IMG/VR virus record: IMGVR_UViG_3300049460_000128
Coordinates: 62,001-126,000 of that record
DNA length: 64,000 nt
Strand: one strand, 5' to 3'
Shown here: piece after piece, positions 47,117 to 55,944 of the stretch
How the letters are laid out: the number at the start of each line of letters is the position of its first letter
Position numbering within the stretch: position 1 is the first letter of the stretch
Position numbers and translations under genes: made by a program
The notes under the pieces: generated by a model
Databases searched by the model: none
What the model was told of the DNA's origin: nothing
Seen by the model: only the letters and a program-made list of their open reading frames with translations

Positions 47117-47520
47117 GCCAAGTAGCCAAATTTCCTTGCATTCGCGATCGCATCAGGGCTCATAGCAACCGGAATAGTTGTTGCGCCCTGATCCCGTAGG
47201 TATGAGAAGCGATGTCTACCATTACTAAATGTCACACGTCCTTTTTCATCCACATACGCTTCACTGGCTTCGACGGTCTCGCCAGTTTTCAGGAATTCAC
47301 CAAAGCCCTGATAGCGTTTACCAATTCCTTGTGTACCACCTGTACCAATATAGAATTCAGTGTCTTTGCTCCAGGCATGGTTGAACGGTTGCACCAATAT
47401 GTCTACCAGTGTGTCCTGGTGACGCTGGGACGACAGGCTGAGCTTAAAGGGAATCGGTGTGTCAGATTGTGGCAATGACACGCTATGTGACCGCTCGTTT
47501 ATGATTTCTGTGTATCGCAT
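47113..47520 (-). CDS. ParB-like nuclease-domain protein
   Basis: VTFSNGRHRF motif (cf. DGHHR); start MRYTEIINE with TAAATA upstream. Confidence 0.6.
   Translation of the reverse strand: MRYTEIINERSHSVSLPQSDTPIPFKLSLSSQRHQDTLVDILVQPFNHAWSKDTEFYIGTGGTQGIGKRYQGFGEFLKTGETVEASEAYVDEKGRVTFSNGRHRFSYLRDQGATTIPVAMSPDAIANARKFGYLA
47114..47130 (+). repeat. 17-bp direct repeat, copy 1
   Basis: taagccaagtagccaaa, also at 48285-48301. Confidence 0.85.
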
Positions 47521-47663
47521 GATTGGTTCCGAAAGTTGATATTTATGCGTGGTGGGCCAAGGCCAATTGAGTCTGAAAAGTTGAAATGCCGCATATTGAG
47601 GCTTGCTGGTTATTGTATACAATATGGCACCAACACAGTAATCAACAACAACAAAAACTACAA

Positions 47664-48278
47664 ATGACTACTAGCCCGCAACCACAACCACAACACGCCA
47701 CCATTATTCAACTGCCAGTCAGTCAACCAGCAATCAGCAATGACACTTGGATTTCCAAATACGAAGGATGCGGCATCTCGATCAAATTTGGTAAATTCTT
47801 GAAGTTGCTTGATCGTGATGCATGGCGCCACTTCAGAGATGGCAAGGGCATTTATGCCCTGTATTATATACCAGACGCGTTGATGACTCAGTTGAATACC
47901 TTGCCTGTAGTAAACGAACATGTAATTTATGTTGGTGAATCCAGTCATTGTTTATACGGGCGTTTCAATAAATTCAAAGCCACTTTGAATCAATTGATGC
48001 AACATCGTGTAGCTAGTACCGGAACCACGGGTGGCTCATTGATTCCTCGTAGTAGTCATAGCGCCGCCTCTCACTTCTTCAACGAAGTGAGCGCCAGCAC
48101 ATCTGATGTATACTATGATAAGGACACCCACGATTTTATTCGTGTTGATGGTTATACGCTCATGGTCAGGATTGCAGTTGAACAATCCAATTGGATTTAT
48201 GACACCGCAGACCATGAGCGTTCGTTCTTGACTGCCGTGAAGGCAATTAATCCACCACGTTTGTATAATATCAAATAA
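47664..48278 (+). CDS. GIY-YIG-like endonuclease
   Basis: KGIYALY ... VIYVGES ... YGRF. Confidence 0.65.
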   Translation: MTTSPQPQPQHATIIQLPVSQPAISNDTWISKYEGCGISIKFGKFLKLLDRDAWRHFRDGKGIYALYYIPDALMTQLNTLPVVNEHVIYVGESSHCLYGRFNKFKATLNQLMQHRVASTGTTGGSLIPRSSHSAASHFFNEVSASTSDVYYDKDTHDFIRVDGYTLMVRIAVEQSNWIYDTADHERSFLTAVKAINPPRLYNIK

Positions 48279-48284
48279 CAGAAC

Positions 48285-48301
48285 TAAGCCAAGTAGCCAA
48301 A
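48285..48301 (+). repeat. 17-bp direct repeat, copy 2
   Basis: taagccaagtagccaaa; the minus strand reads RKFGYLA-stop, as in the ParB-like gene end. Confidence 0.85.
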
Positions 48302-48316
48302 CTTTCTGATAGTCGT

Positions 48317-48344
48317 AAAAAAGCCCGGATATCCGGGCTTTTTT
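48317..48344. terminator. Terminator after the major capsid gene
   Basis: aaaaaaGCCCGGAT-ATCCGGGCttttt. Confidence 0.85.
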
Positions 48345-48380
48345 GTTTGTCTTCAAAGCGACCACTAGGGTCGCTAATGA

Positions 48381-49586
48381 TTACAGGAACTTCAGCGAAG
48401 CGGTGTTCATACCGACCAGACCCAGGTAGTCAGCAGCGTTACCCAGTGACGAAGCAGCGTTCGTCAGTTCCAGGTAGCCGTAACGGGTCATGAACGATAC
48501 AACTGGTTCGAAGGTGTTTGGATCAATGATCACACCGCTCGAGGTCAGTGGTACGTATGGGCAGTAGTAAGCTGCGGCGTCGATCTCGCCTGGGCCTTTG
48601 TAACCAACCAGAACTGGGGTGCTATCGCTAGCGTACTGGTCGACGTAAACGCGCATCGAGTTGTTCAGCATACCAACGAACTTGGTGTTAGTTGGAGCTT
48701 CGAACGTGCCTTCGGTAGTACGGGCGAAAGCCGAAGTAGTAGCCGATTGCAGAATGGTCAGTGCGGTTGGGGAAACAACAACCCAGTTACCTGCGCCACG
48801 ACGGGTACGTGCAGCGATCAAGTTAGCTTGACGGTTGATCAGAACTGCCAGAGCAGCGTGAACGTCACCGACGAAGGTTGGGGTGCCCGAAACAGCGGCT
48901 TGGTCAAACACAGCGGTTGCTGCACCTGGCAGTGCGCGCAGGGAAGTCAGGATTTCCTGGTCGATTTCGGCGGTAATTTCTTGCGCCAGTGCAGCCATGA
49001 TTTCTGCTTCGATGTCGATACCTTGTTGAGCTTGCGAATCTTGCGCAGCTTCAAAGGTCCAACGAGCGCTCAGACGACGTGTTTTCGCCTCAACGACTTC
49101 TTTCAGAATCTGGATGCTCAAACGCTTACCAGCAGTACCTTCCAGGGTCGAGGTTGCTTCAGCTTTTGGAGCTGTTGCATCGCCGTTACCCGAGTAAGCA
49201 CGAGCGATATCGTATGGTGACAGTGCTTCTTTACCAGCGGTAACGCCAGCGAACGAATCAGCGTAACGAACGCGCAGGGTGTGGATCTGTGCCACTGGCG
49301 AAGTCATTGGCTGAACACCAATAATTTCGTTAGCGATCACGGTTGGCATCACACGACGGATAACCGGCAGGATAACCTTGTTCAGGGTAGCGATGTTAGC
49401 GCTGTTGGTTGCACCCGAAGTTGCATTTTCCATCAGCTTCAGTTCACGATAGGTATTATCGAGAACGGTTTCCATCATACGCTTCTTGGTTGGGTTTACC
49501 GAACCATCTTGATTGTGAGTCAGATCTTTGCCTTCGCAGAGCATTTTTTTAGTTACTGACCACTGGGATTCAAACAGTTTACTCAT
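48381..49586 (-). CDS. gp23: Major capsid protein (T4 gp23-like)
   Basis: ILPVIRRVMPTVIANEIIGVQPM, VEAKTRRLSARWTFEAAQD, AALAQEITAEIDQEIL, YCPYVPL, FMTRYG. Confidence 0.96.
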   Translation of the reverse strand: MSKLFESQWSVTKKMLCEGKDLTHNQDGSVNPTKKRMMETVLDNTYRELKLMENATSGATNSANIATLNKVILPVIRRVMPTVIANEIIGVQPMTSPVAQIHTLRVRYADSFAGVTAGKEALSPYDIARAYSGNGDATAPKAEATSTLEGTAGKRLSIQILKEVVEAKTRRLSARWTFEAAQDSQAQQGIDIEAEIMAALAQEITAEIDQEILTSLRALPGAATAVFDQAAVSGTPTFVGDVHAALAVLINRQANLIAARTRRGAGNWVVVSPTALTILQSATTSAFARTTEGTFEAPTNTKFVGMLNNSMRVYVDQYASDSTPVLVGYKGPGEIDAAAYYCPYVPLTSSGVIIDPNTFEPVVSFMTRYGYLELTNAASSLGNAADYLGLVGMNTASLKFL

Positions 49587-49604
49587 GAGTATAACTCCTA
49601 AAAA

Positions 49605-51191
49605 TTACTTTCTAATACCTGCAAGCTTCAGAATTTCTGCGGTCTCTTTGGACACTTCTTCTTCGACTTGTGGTTGGACTGTTTCAAGCAGTCGATTATT
49701 TCGCTGATCGCCAGTTACAGCTACGCAGCTCTTCGGCTTAACAGATGTCTCACTCAAAGTTTGACGTACTGGCAATGCCACCTTTTTGCTACCCTCATTG
49801 AGGACTGCTGGAAGGTATTTATTAAATGCTTCTTTTAACTGTGCGGTTTTGACAGTTTCCAGCAGTTCTTGCATAACGGCGCGCTTTTCGCGACCCAGTG
49901 GGGTCAGGAGTTCGCTCATTACACGATTACGTGCTGCCGACTCTTCAGCCAGTTTGGTTTTGCGGGCAGCCGCATCCATAGCTTGGTGAGATTCGGAAAG
50001 TTTGCGTTTGACGGAGCTCAGTTCCGAGTTCAGTGACTCGACGACTTTTTCCATCTTTTTAACTTCGGTGCCTTCGCTGAAGTACGAGGTCATGAACTCT
50101 GTAGCCACGGCTTCAAAGATACGGCGACCAAACATATTCTGACGATTGCGTTCCAGGTCTTCATGCAGTTGCTTCATTTCCACTTTCATGGATTCAGTAA
50201 CTTTCTTGTCGACCAGTTTTGCAGCTTCGCGAACGAAGTTACGCTGGGTTTCAGCCAACTTAGTACGGGCTTCTGCAACCAATTCAACCTTCTTAGCAAC
50301 GAGTGCTTTCTTGTCTTCTTGGAATTCACGCAGTTCTTTTGAGACTTGACCGACAACGAATTGATCGATCTTTGCCACACGTTCAACCATAGCTTCTTGC
50401 AGTTTGGCGCGTTCGGTACGCAGGGACTCTGCGACTTGTTCACGTTGTGCTGTCAATGCCATGTGTTCTTCGTTAACCAGTTGTTGCTTCTGACGGAGCA
50501 CGCCCATCTCTTCATCCAACTTGGTTACTACAAATTTGCGCATCAGAGCCATTTGTTCGTTCAAGCGTTTCTTGTATTCGGCTTTGTTGGTAGCATTAGC
50601 TTCTGCCAACTTGACTTTCATACCACGAACTGCTGCACGGTCTTGAGCGAATTCGGACAGTTCCTTATTCAGCTGCTTGACGATGAACGATTCCATGACT
50701 TTGGCGTGTTCACGATTACGAGCTTGGTACTGGGCTTTGATCGTTGCATTAGCTTCAGCGAGTTTCAAACGCAGAGCCGCAGCTTGACGTTTGTCTTCGG
50801 CGAATTCCATCAGTTCGGAATTCAGCTTTTGCATTACAAAGGTTTCCAGGACTTTGGCGTGTTCTTGAACGCGAGTCTTGTATGCCACACGAGCATCCTT
50901 AACGGCTGCGTCGTAACGGGCTTGAGATTCCTTCAGCTTTTGGGCTTCAGCGATTTTCTCAGACTCGTATTTCTGAACTACATCAGTGAGCATACGATCC
51001 ATTGCTTCCACGAGTTGTCCCTTGTCGTGCTCGAAACGTTGTGCCATTTCTTCGCGGATTTGTGTTTCCACAGTTTCGCGCAGAGTAGCTACTTCGTTGT
51101 CGATACGAGCATCGAAACTCTCTTGGAGAGATTTCTGGTCGTCTTCACTGAGTAATCCAGCTTCAAACAATTTCTTGATAATGTTATCCAT
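49605..51191 (-). CDS. gp22: Prohead core scaffold protein (gp22-like)
   Basis: Long coiled-coil between the protease and MCP; start MDNIIKK after GGAG. Confidence 0.8.
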   Translation of the reverse strand: MDNIIKKLFEAGLLSEDDQKSLQESFDARIDNEVATLRETVETQIREEMAQRFEHDKGQLVEAMDRMLTDVVQKYESEKIAEAQKLKESQARYDAAVKDARVAYKTRVQEHAKVLETFVMQKLNSELMEFAEDKRQAAALRLKLAEANATIKAQYQARNREHAKVMESFIVKQLNKELSEFAQDRAAVRGMKVKLAEANATNKAEYKKRLNEQMALMRKFVVTKLDEEMGVLRQKQQLVNEEHMALTAQREQVAESLRTERAKLQEAMVERVAKIDQFVVGQVSKELREFQEDKKALVAKKVELVAEARTKLAETQRNFVREAAKLVDKKVTESMKVEMKQLHEDLERNRQNMFGRRIFEAVATEFMTSYFSEGTEVKKMEKVVESLNSELSSVKRKLSESHQAMDAAARKTKLAEESAARNRVMSELLTPLGREKRAVMQELLETVKTAQLKEAFNKYLPAVLNEGSKKVALPVRQTLSETSVKPKSCVAVTGDQRNNRLLETVQPQVEEEVSKETAEILKLAGIRK

Positions 51192-51202
51192 GGACCACTC
51201 CC

Positions 51203-51853
51203 TTAATTCTTGAGATTCTTGACCCAACTCATCAATTCCTGTTTCAGGTAATCTTTGGCGCGTTGGTCATGTTGTACTGCCTGAGCGAGATCTTCTACAA
51301 CCTTGCTCCGCTTGTTATTTAGCGTCTCGTAAACTGGCACTGGATAAGCATTTGGCGCACTTGGGCGAGCCACGATATCCACGGTAACGATCTGGAAATC
51401 GGATACTTCACCGCTTTCGTTTACGTTACCAGAACCTCGGCTACTAACACCAAGCTTCACACCACTTTCCAACAAAGTTCGAACGATATTGCCCATAGGA
51501 GTTGGCAAGATTTGCAGCTTACCCATACCTGCTGGACCATCCATCCACATCTGAGTGATGATGTGACTAACACGATCCAAGTTAATATTCAGTTCTGCTG
51601 GGTGATCCAATTCACCACAGATCGAGAGGTCATCGGAAATTTGTTGGTTGATAAAATCAACCGCACCTTTGATCTCGCTAACTGGGTACACACGCTCATT
51701 GTGATTTTTAATACCACCCTGAATAAAGATACCACTCATGTACAGCTTTTTACCGCCGGGTGTTGAGTTGTCATCTTCGTGCATCAATTGCATCTTGGCC
51801 TTATTAAAGGTCAAGTGTTCTTGCAGGAGAACGCCACCTTGTTTAATATTCAT
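51203..51853 (-). CDS. gp21: Prohead core protease (gp21-like)
   Basis: GIFIQGG.KN.N.RVYP, GELDHP, I.L.RVSH, LGVSSRGSG, TVD.VA.PSAP.A. Confidence 0.95.
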   Translation of the reverse strand: MNIKQGGVLLQEHLTFNKAKMQLMHEDDNSTPGGKKLYMSGIFIQGGIKNHNERVYPVSEIKGAVDFINQQISDDLSICGELDHPAELNINLDRVSHIITQMWMDGPAGMGKLQILPTPMGNIVRTLLESGVKLGVSSRGSGNVNESGEVSDFQIVTVDIVARPSAPNAYPVPVYETLNNKRSKVVEDLAQAVQHDQRAKDYLKQELMSWVKNLKN

Positions 51854-51934
51854 ATTGCTACTTCCATAAAAATGGTTACAGGTAATCAGCGGTCAAATAT
51901 TCAGACATGATTACCTGTTGAATACTAAACCAGC

Positions 51935-52927
51935 TTACTTCTTAGAGCCCAGGAGGCTCTTTTGACCAGCTGGGTCAGCCGACAGCTTGTTCAGTTCTGC
52001 CGAAGCATCACCTTCCTTCTTAACAGCCGATTGACCAGCAGTCGCAGTTGCTTTTACGTTCGAACGAGTTGCGATCTTCTTAGTCGAAGGAGCGTTTTCA
52101 CGGTCGTAACCACTGTGCTCATCCGATTTGATCTTCACTGGAGCACCAGCCAGACGCTTGTCAGCCGGGGTGTTCAGTGCTGGCGAAACGGTGTTCTGTT
52201 TGAACTTACCATTGCCTTGTTCACGACCGTCGCCACTTGGAATAGCAACTTTTTCCAGTTCGTCAACGATTGATTCGGACAGGTCATCGAACGAGTCATC
52301 GCCCATGCCCATGTCATCTGCTGGAGCAGCCATGTCGTCACCCATTGGGGCAGCGTCCATTGCCAGACCACCATCCAGACCTTCTTCGTCGTCATCGGTG
52401 GAAGCCATAACGTTGATTTCGCCATCGGAAGTGGTGGAGATTTGCACCATCGCTTCTTCGACTTGTTCTTCGCCTTCAACTTCGTCACCCAGGACATCTG
52501 AGTCGCCGCCCATCATTGCATCGAATTCAGCAGCCAGACGTTGGATGTCAGCTTCCAGATCCGAAACACGATCTTCGATTGGTTCTTCTTGTTCTTCTTC
52601 GCCTTCAGCCTCTTCGCCGTCGCCTTCAACATCATCAGCGGTCAGTTCGTCGGTTGCAGCTTCTTCGCCTTCTGGAGCATCAACGGCGGCAGCGCCGTCA
52701 TCAGCTGCTGGGTCCAGATCATCTTCGGCCAGTTCGTCTTCGGAGAACATTTCGTCAATTGACATAATGCCTTCCATGCTTTCGTCCAAGATGAAGTCTT
52801 CACCTTGACGCAGCGACTCGTGGATCTGGCGTGAGCGTTCCAGAATAAAATCATGGAACAATGTATCTGCTTTATCTTTTTCTTGATTGAGCAGAGCAAT
52901 CAGTGCTTTCTCTAAAATCATTCGCAT
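51935..52927 (-). CDS. Highly acidic prohead core protein (gp67/gp68-like position)
   Basis: D/E-rich 330-aa ORF upstream of the protease. Confidence 0.6.
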   Translation of the reverse strand: MRMILEKALIALLNQEKDKADTLFHDFILERSRQIHESLRQGEDFILDESMEGIMSIDEMFSEDELAEDDLDPAADDGAAAVDAPEGEEAATDELTADDVEGDGEEAEGEEEQEEPIEDRVSDLEADIQRLAAEFDAMMGGDSDVLGDEVEGEEQVEEAMVQISTTSDGEINVMASTDDDEEGLDGGLAMDAAPMGDDMAAPADDMGMGDDSFDDLSESIVDELEKVAIPSGDGREQGNGKFKQNTVSPALNTPADKRLAGAPVKIKSDEHSGYDRENAPSTKKIATRSNVKATATAGQSAVKKEGDASAELNKLSADPAGQKSLLGSKK

Positions 52928-53083
52928 TTTTAAGTCTCCCTTTTACGCTTAAAAAGTACACAACCGAAATTGTGTTCTGCTTTATTTAGCAGGCACATAA
53001 TTCGACGGCAAGATAAGAGCGAAAAAGTGGTGTTTTTATCAAAAGTACGCAGTTAATTCGACCACCAGGAAGATATGGGTCGT

Positions 53084-53110
53084 AAAAATGGCGCCTCGCG
53101 GGCGCCATTT
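53084..53110. terminator. Terminator hairpin
   Basis: aaaaaTGGCGCC-tcgcg-GGCGCCAttt. Confidence 0.75.
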
Positions 53111-53126
53111 ATGTTATTGATGTGAA

Positions 53127-53879
53127 TTAGATGGAACTCAAAAACTCATCAACTTGCTGGTCATTGTCGAAGCCCAAGTCTTCGTAGTAATCGCGTTCGC
53201 CAGTATTGATCGTGGTTGTGAGCCCATAGTAGTTACCACCCAGTTCAAAAATCTGGAGTGTGTACTGATCTTCCATTTCACAATGGATTTCAGCCAGACA
53301 GCGGCCTTGTGTGCGAATCTCCACCAAGTTGTCTTCGTTCTCACTTTTCTGACCACGCCACTCGTTATACTTCAGAAAGAAAGCCTGATGCTCTTGCTCG
53401 CTTGTGAGGTGAATTTCAGGGGCTGTTTTCATAGTCAACAACGCATCTGATTCTTCAATATCGTGTGATGCCAAAATGACACAATCAAGAGCATCCCAGG
53501 CGCGAGGAGAATTAGTCATTGCCGGATTGATGAATTCAATTGCATGTGGGTACTCGTCTTCTTCACTGTCGTACAACCACTCGTAGTCGGTATGCAAATG
53601 GAAGTTCGCATCGAGCAAGAACTTGTTGGCCATTTCCAGATTGTTATCGTGTGGTAATTTTGCTGGATCCAATTCGATGACCATCTTGGCGTCGCCTTCA
53701 GTCAAGCCAGTGTCTTCCTGCTCTGCATCGATATCTCCAGACAGCTTATCATCGTTGTCGTCTTCCGTGACTGGCTCGTCAGCAATACCCAGATGCTCGT
53801 TTACGAACGACTTAAACAAGGCATTGGCATCCTGACCTTTGATTAGTGCCTTGAGTGCTTCTTCAAAATGTTTACTCAT
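53127..53879 (-). CDS. Acidic hypothetical protein
   Basis: 250-aa ORF; its N-terminus resembles that of 51935-52927 (ALxALxxxxxDxxxxF). Confidence 0.65.
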   Translation of the reverse strand: MSKHFEEALKALIKGQDANALFKSFVNEHLGIADEPVTEDDNDDKLSGDIDAEQEDTGLTEGDAKMVIELDPAKLPHDNNLEMANKFLLDANFHLHTDYEWLYDSEEDEYPHAIEFINPAMTNSPRAWDALDCVILASHDIEESDALLTMKTAPEIHLTSEQEHQAFFLKYNEWRGQKSENEDNLVEIRTQGRCLAEIHCEMEDQYTLQIFELGGNYYGLTTTINTGERDYYEDLGFDNDQQVDEFLSSI

Positions 53880-53888
53880 ATTTGCTCC

Positions 53889-54131
53889 TTACATGAGATC
53901 GCCACCACCATCATCTCCGTCTCCCGAAGGAGCACCATAGATGACAGCCAGCACGTCTTGTTGCTTCAAAGCTTCAAGGCGCCGCAATGCTCGCAGTTTC
54001 TTAAGTTTGTTGAGATCACGCAAGGTCAGCTTTGACTTGCGTGTGTCAGTGATATTACGGGTGTTGATCTTATCGGCGGATGGATCATAATGACCACCCA
54101 AGTCAATGTTATCAAATTCAAACAGTTTCAT
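53889..54131 (-). CDS. Small hypothetical protein downstream of the portal
   Basis: MKLFE...TRK.KLTL..LNKL.K.R; coupled to the portal stop. Confidence 0.7.
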   Translation of the reverse strand: MKLFEFDNIDLGGHYDPSADKINTRNITDTRKSKLTLRDLNKLKKLRALRRLEALKQQDVLAVIYGAPSGDGDDGGGDLM

Positions 54132-55894
54132 TATGCCTCCGGAGCGGCTGGTGCTGCCGCTGGTTGTTCAACGGGTGCCGCTTCTGGTGCAGCATCGCCA
54201 CCATCATCTGGTGGTGCTTCCATGGTGTCGTTATCATGCGAGAATGGATCATTGTCATTTGGCGCACGAACACCAACACTTGACAAGCCTTCTTGATCCT
54301 CGTCATTGCCATCGTTACCCGTGGCTTCTTTGACTTTGTCTGGATTCTCTTCCATCCAGAGTCGTTGATTTTCCATCAATTCTTCTTGAGTGAGATTCAG
54401 GAAACGAGTCAACTTGAAACGTTCTGCCAGTTTCGGATTGTCTTGAATCTGAACATAGACAGCCATCTGTGCAGTATCCAGTTCGACTTGACGGTATTTG
54501 GTGAAGTTTTGTGGCGGATTGAACGTAAGATCAAACAGGTCGTCATCAATCACGATGCCACTGTCTTTCAAATATGCCTTAAACTCTTTGTTGAACGTTG
54601 GGATCAAGAGGCTTTGCAGACGCATACAGTATTTGTTGAACAAATACTCTTGAATCATAGCTGCGCCCATCTTACCATCATTGAACGCTTGACCGCCTTC
54701 GTCTCCAGTTGTTCGATAGGCAGGCGGAATACGCAAACCATCACGCAGCTTTTTGCTGAAGAATTCAAGGTCAGCCAGCTCGCCAATGTTTTCACCACCA
54801 GGAAGTGTTTCGACACTTGAACCACGACCATCCAAGCCTTGGGCGAAGAAATAATCGTCCATGATTGAGATTGGGTTGTAGGCCGCATCCATGATGTTTT
54901 GACCACCGCCACCACGATTTGGAATACGACGTTGGTGAATCTCATTCTTGACTCGTTCGACGTGGGCTTGCGCCATCATTGGGTTCATGCCACCTACGTC
55001 AATCTTGAAGATACGACGCTCAGGCGCTCGTTGAACGCGATATATGATGACTGAATCTTCCAACAGTTCTTTCTGTTTGAATGTCTTGAAGATAGGCTCG
55101 AGGACACTGGAACCAAATGGCCAGTTAATATCCATACCGACGCTCAGACTCAGGTGGATAACATGCTTGGCATCAACTGTATTGCTACGATGAGTAGCAC
55201 CTTGTTGACCACGCATATTGACGCCCTGTCCAGCCAATTGGAAATCTCCACCACCACTATTTGTATGGAGTGGACCCCGAGTCAGAGGGGATGTTGTTGA
55301 ACCCACGCCATGGTAATCGCCCGGATCAGTTGGGATGGTGCCAAGCTTTTGCTGATTAACAAAATCCAAATCTTTGATGATGTATTCAACTGGCTTACGA
55401 CCTTGAGTTTCGTCTACTTTGATTAGTTCAACGTTGTAGTGGTCAATCCACAGCCACTCTTTTGTTTCTGGATCGCGAACGAAGAATTGGTCACCGTTTT
55501 TGATGGTGTTGCGGAACATATTCCACAAACGACCACGGAAGTTGTTGACTTTGATCCACTTTGCCAATGCAGTGCTGACGATGTTTACTTCAGTCTCGTT
55601 GGCACCTTTGTCGTAGCGCACCGTAAATGGATGTTCGGATTGTTCTTCGGATTGGGTACAGAAGTCAGCGATGATATCCAGAGCAGCGTTGATTTCGCTA
55701 TCACGATCCATGTCATCATACTGCATGTATCGTTGCAAACGATTGGGGTGTCCGGCATAGATTTCTGGCAGGTAGGAAGAGTAGTTGGCCCCTGATGGGT
55801 TACCAACTGCTCCTCGATCCTTGCCATTGTTAGTTTGTACTAATTCTGGAGGTGAATCCAGTTTTACGGTACGAAAGTGTTTCTTCCACGACAT
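54131..55894 (-). CDS. gp20: Portal protein (gp20-like)
   Basis: Y..MD.DSEINAALDIIA, LEDSVIIYRVQRAPERRIFKIDVG, DDYFFAQ...GRGS.VETLPGGEN.G. Confidence 0.96.
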   Translation of the reverse strand: MSWKKHFRTVKLDSPPELVQTNNGKDRGAVGNPSGANYSSYLPEIYAGHPNRLQRYMQYDDMDRDSEINAALDIIADFCTQSEEQSEHPFTVRYDKGANETEVNIVSTALAKWIKVNNFRGRLWNMFRNTIKNGDQFFVRDPETKEWLWIDHYNVELIKVDETQGRKPVEYIIKDLDFVNQQKLGTIPTDPGDYHGVGSTTSPLTRGPLHTNSGGGDFQLAGQGVNMRGQQGATHRSNTVDAKHVIHLSLSVGMDINWPFGSSVLEPIFKTFKQKELLEDSVIIYRVQRAPERRIFKIDVGGMNPMMAQAHVERVKNEIHQRRIPNRGGGGQNIMDAAYNPISIMDDYFFAQGLDGRGSSVETLPGGENIGELADLEFFSKKLRDGLRIPPAYRTTGDEGGQAFNDGKMGAAMIQEYLFNKYCMRLQSLLIPTFNKEFKAYLKDSGIVIDDDLFDLTFNPPQNFTKYRQVELDTAQMAVYVQIQDNPKLAERFKLTRFLNLTQEELMENQRLWMEENPDKVKEATGNDGNDEDQEGLSSVGVRAPNDNDPFSHDNDTMEAPPDDGGDAAPEAAPVEQPAAAPAAPEA

Positions 55895-55944
55895 AAAATA
55901 CCTCTTTAATGAGCATATTTATGGTAAAGAAACCACTCAACTTA

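Noticed and set aside
50346-51155. 269-aa plus-strand ORF
   Set aside because: Shadow of the scaffold gene's coiled-coil
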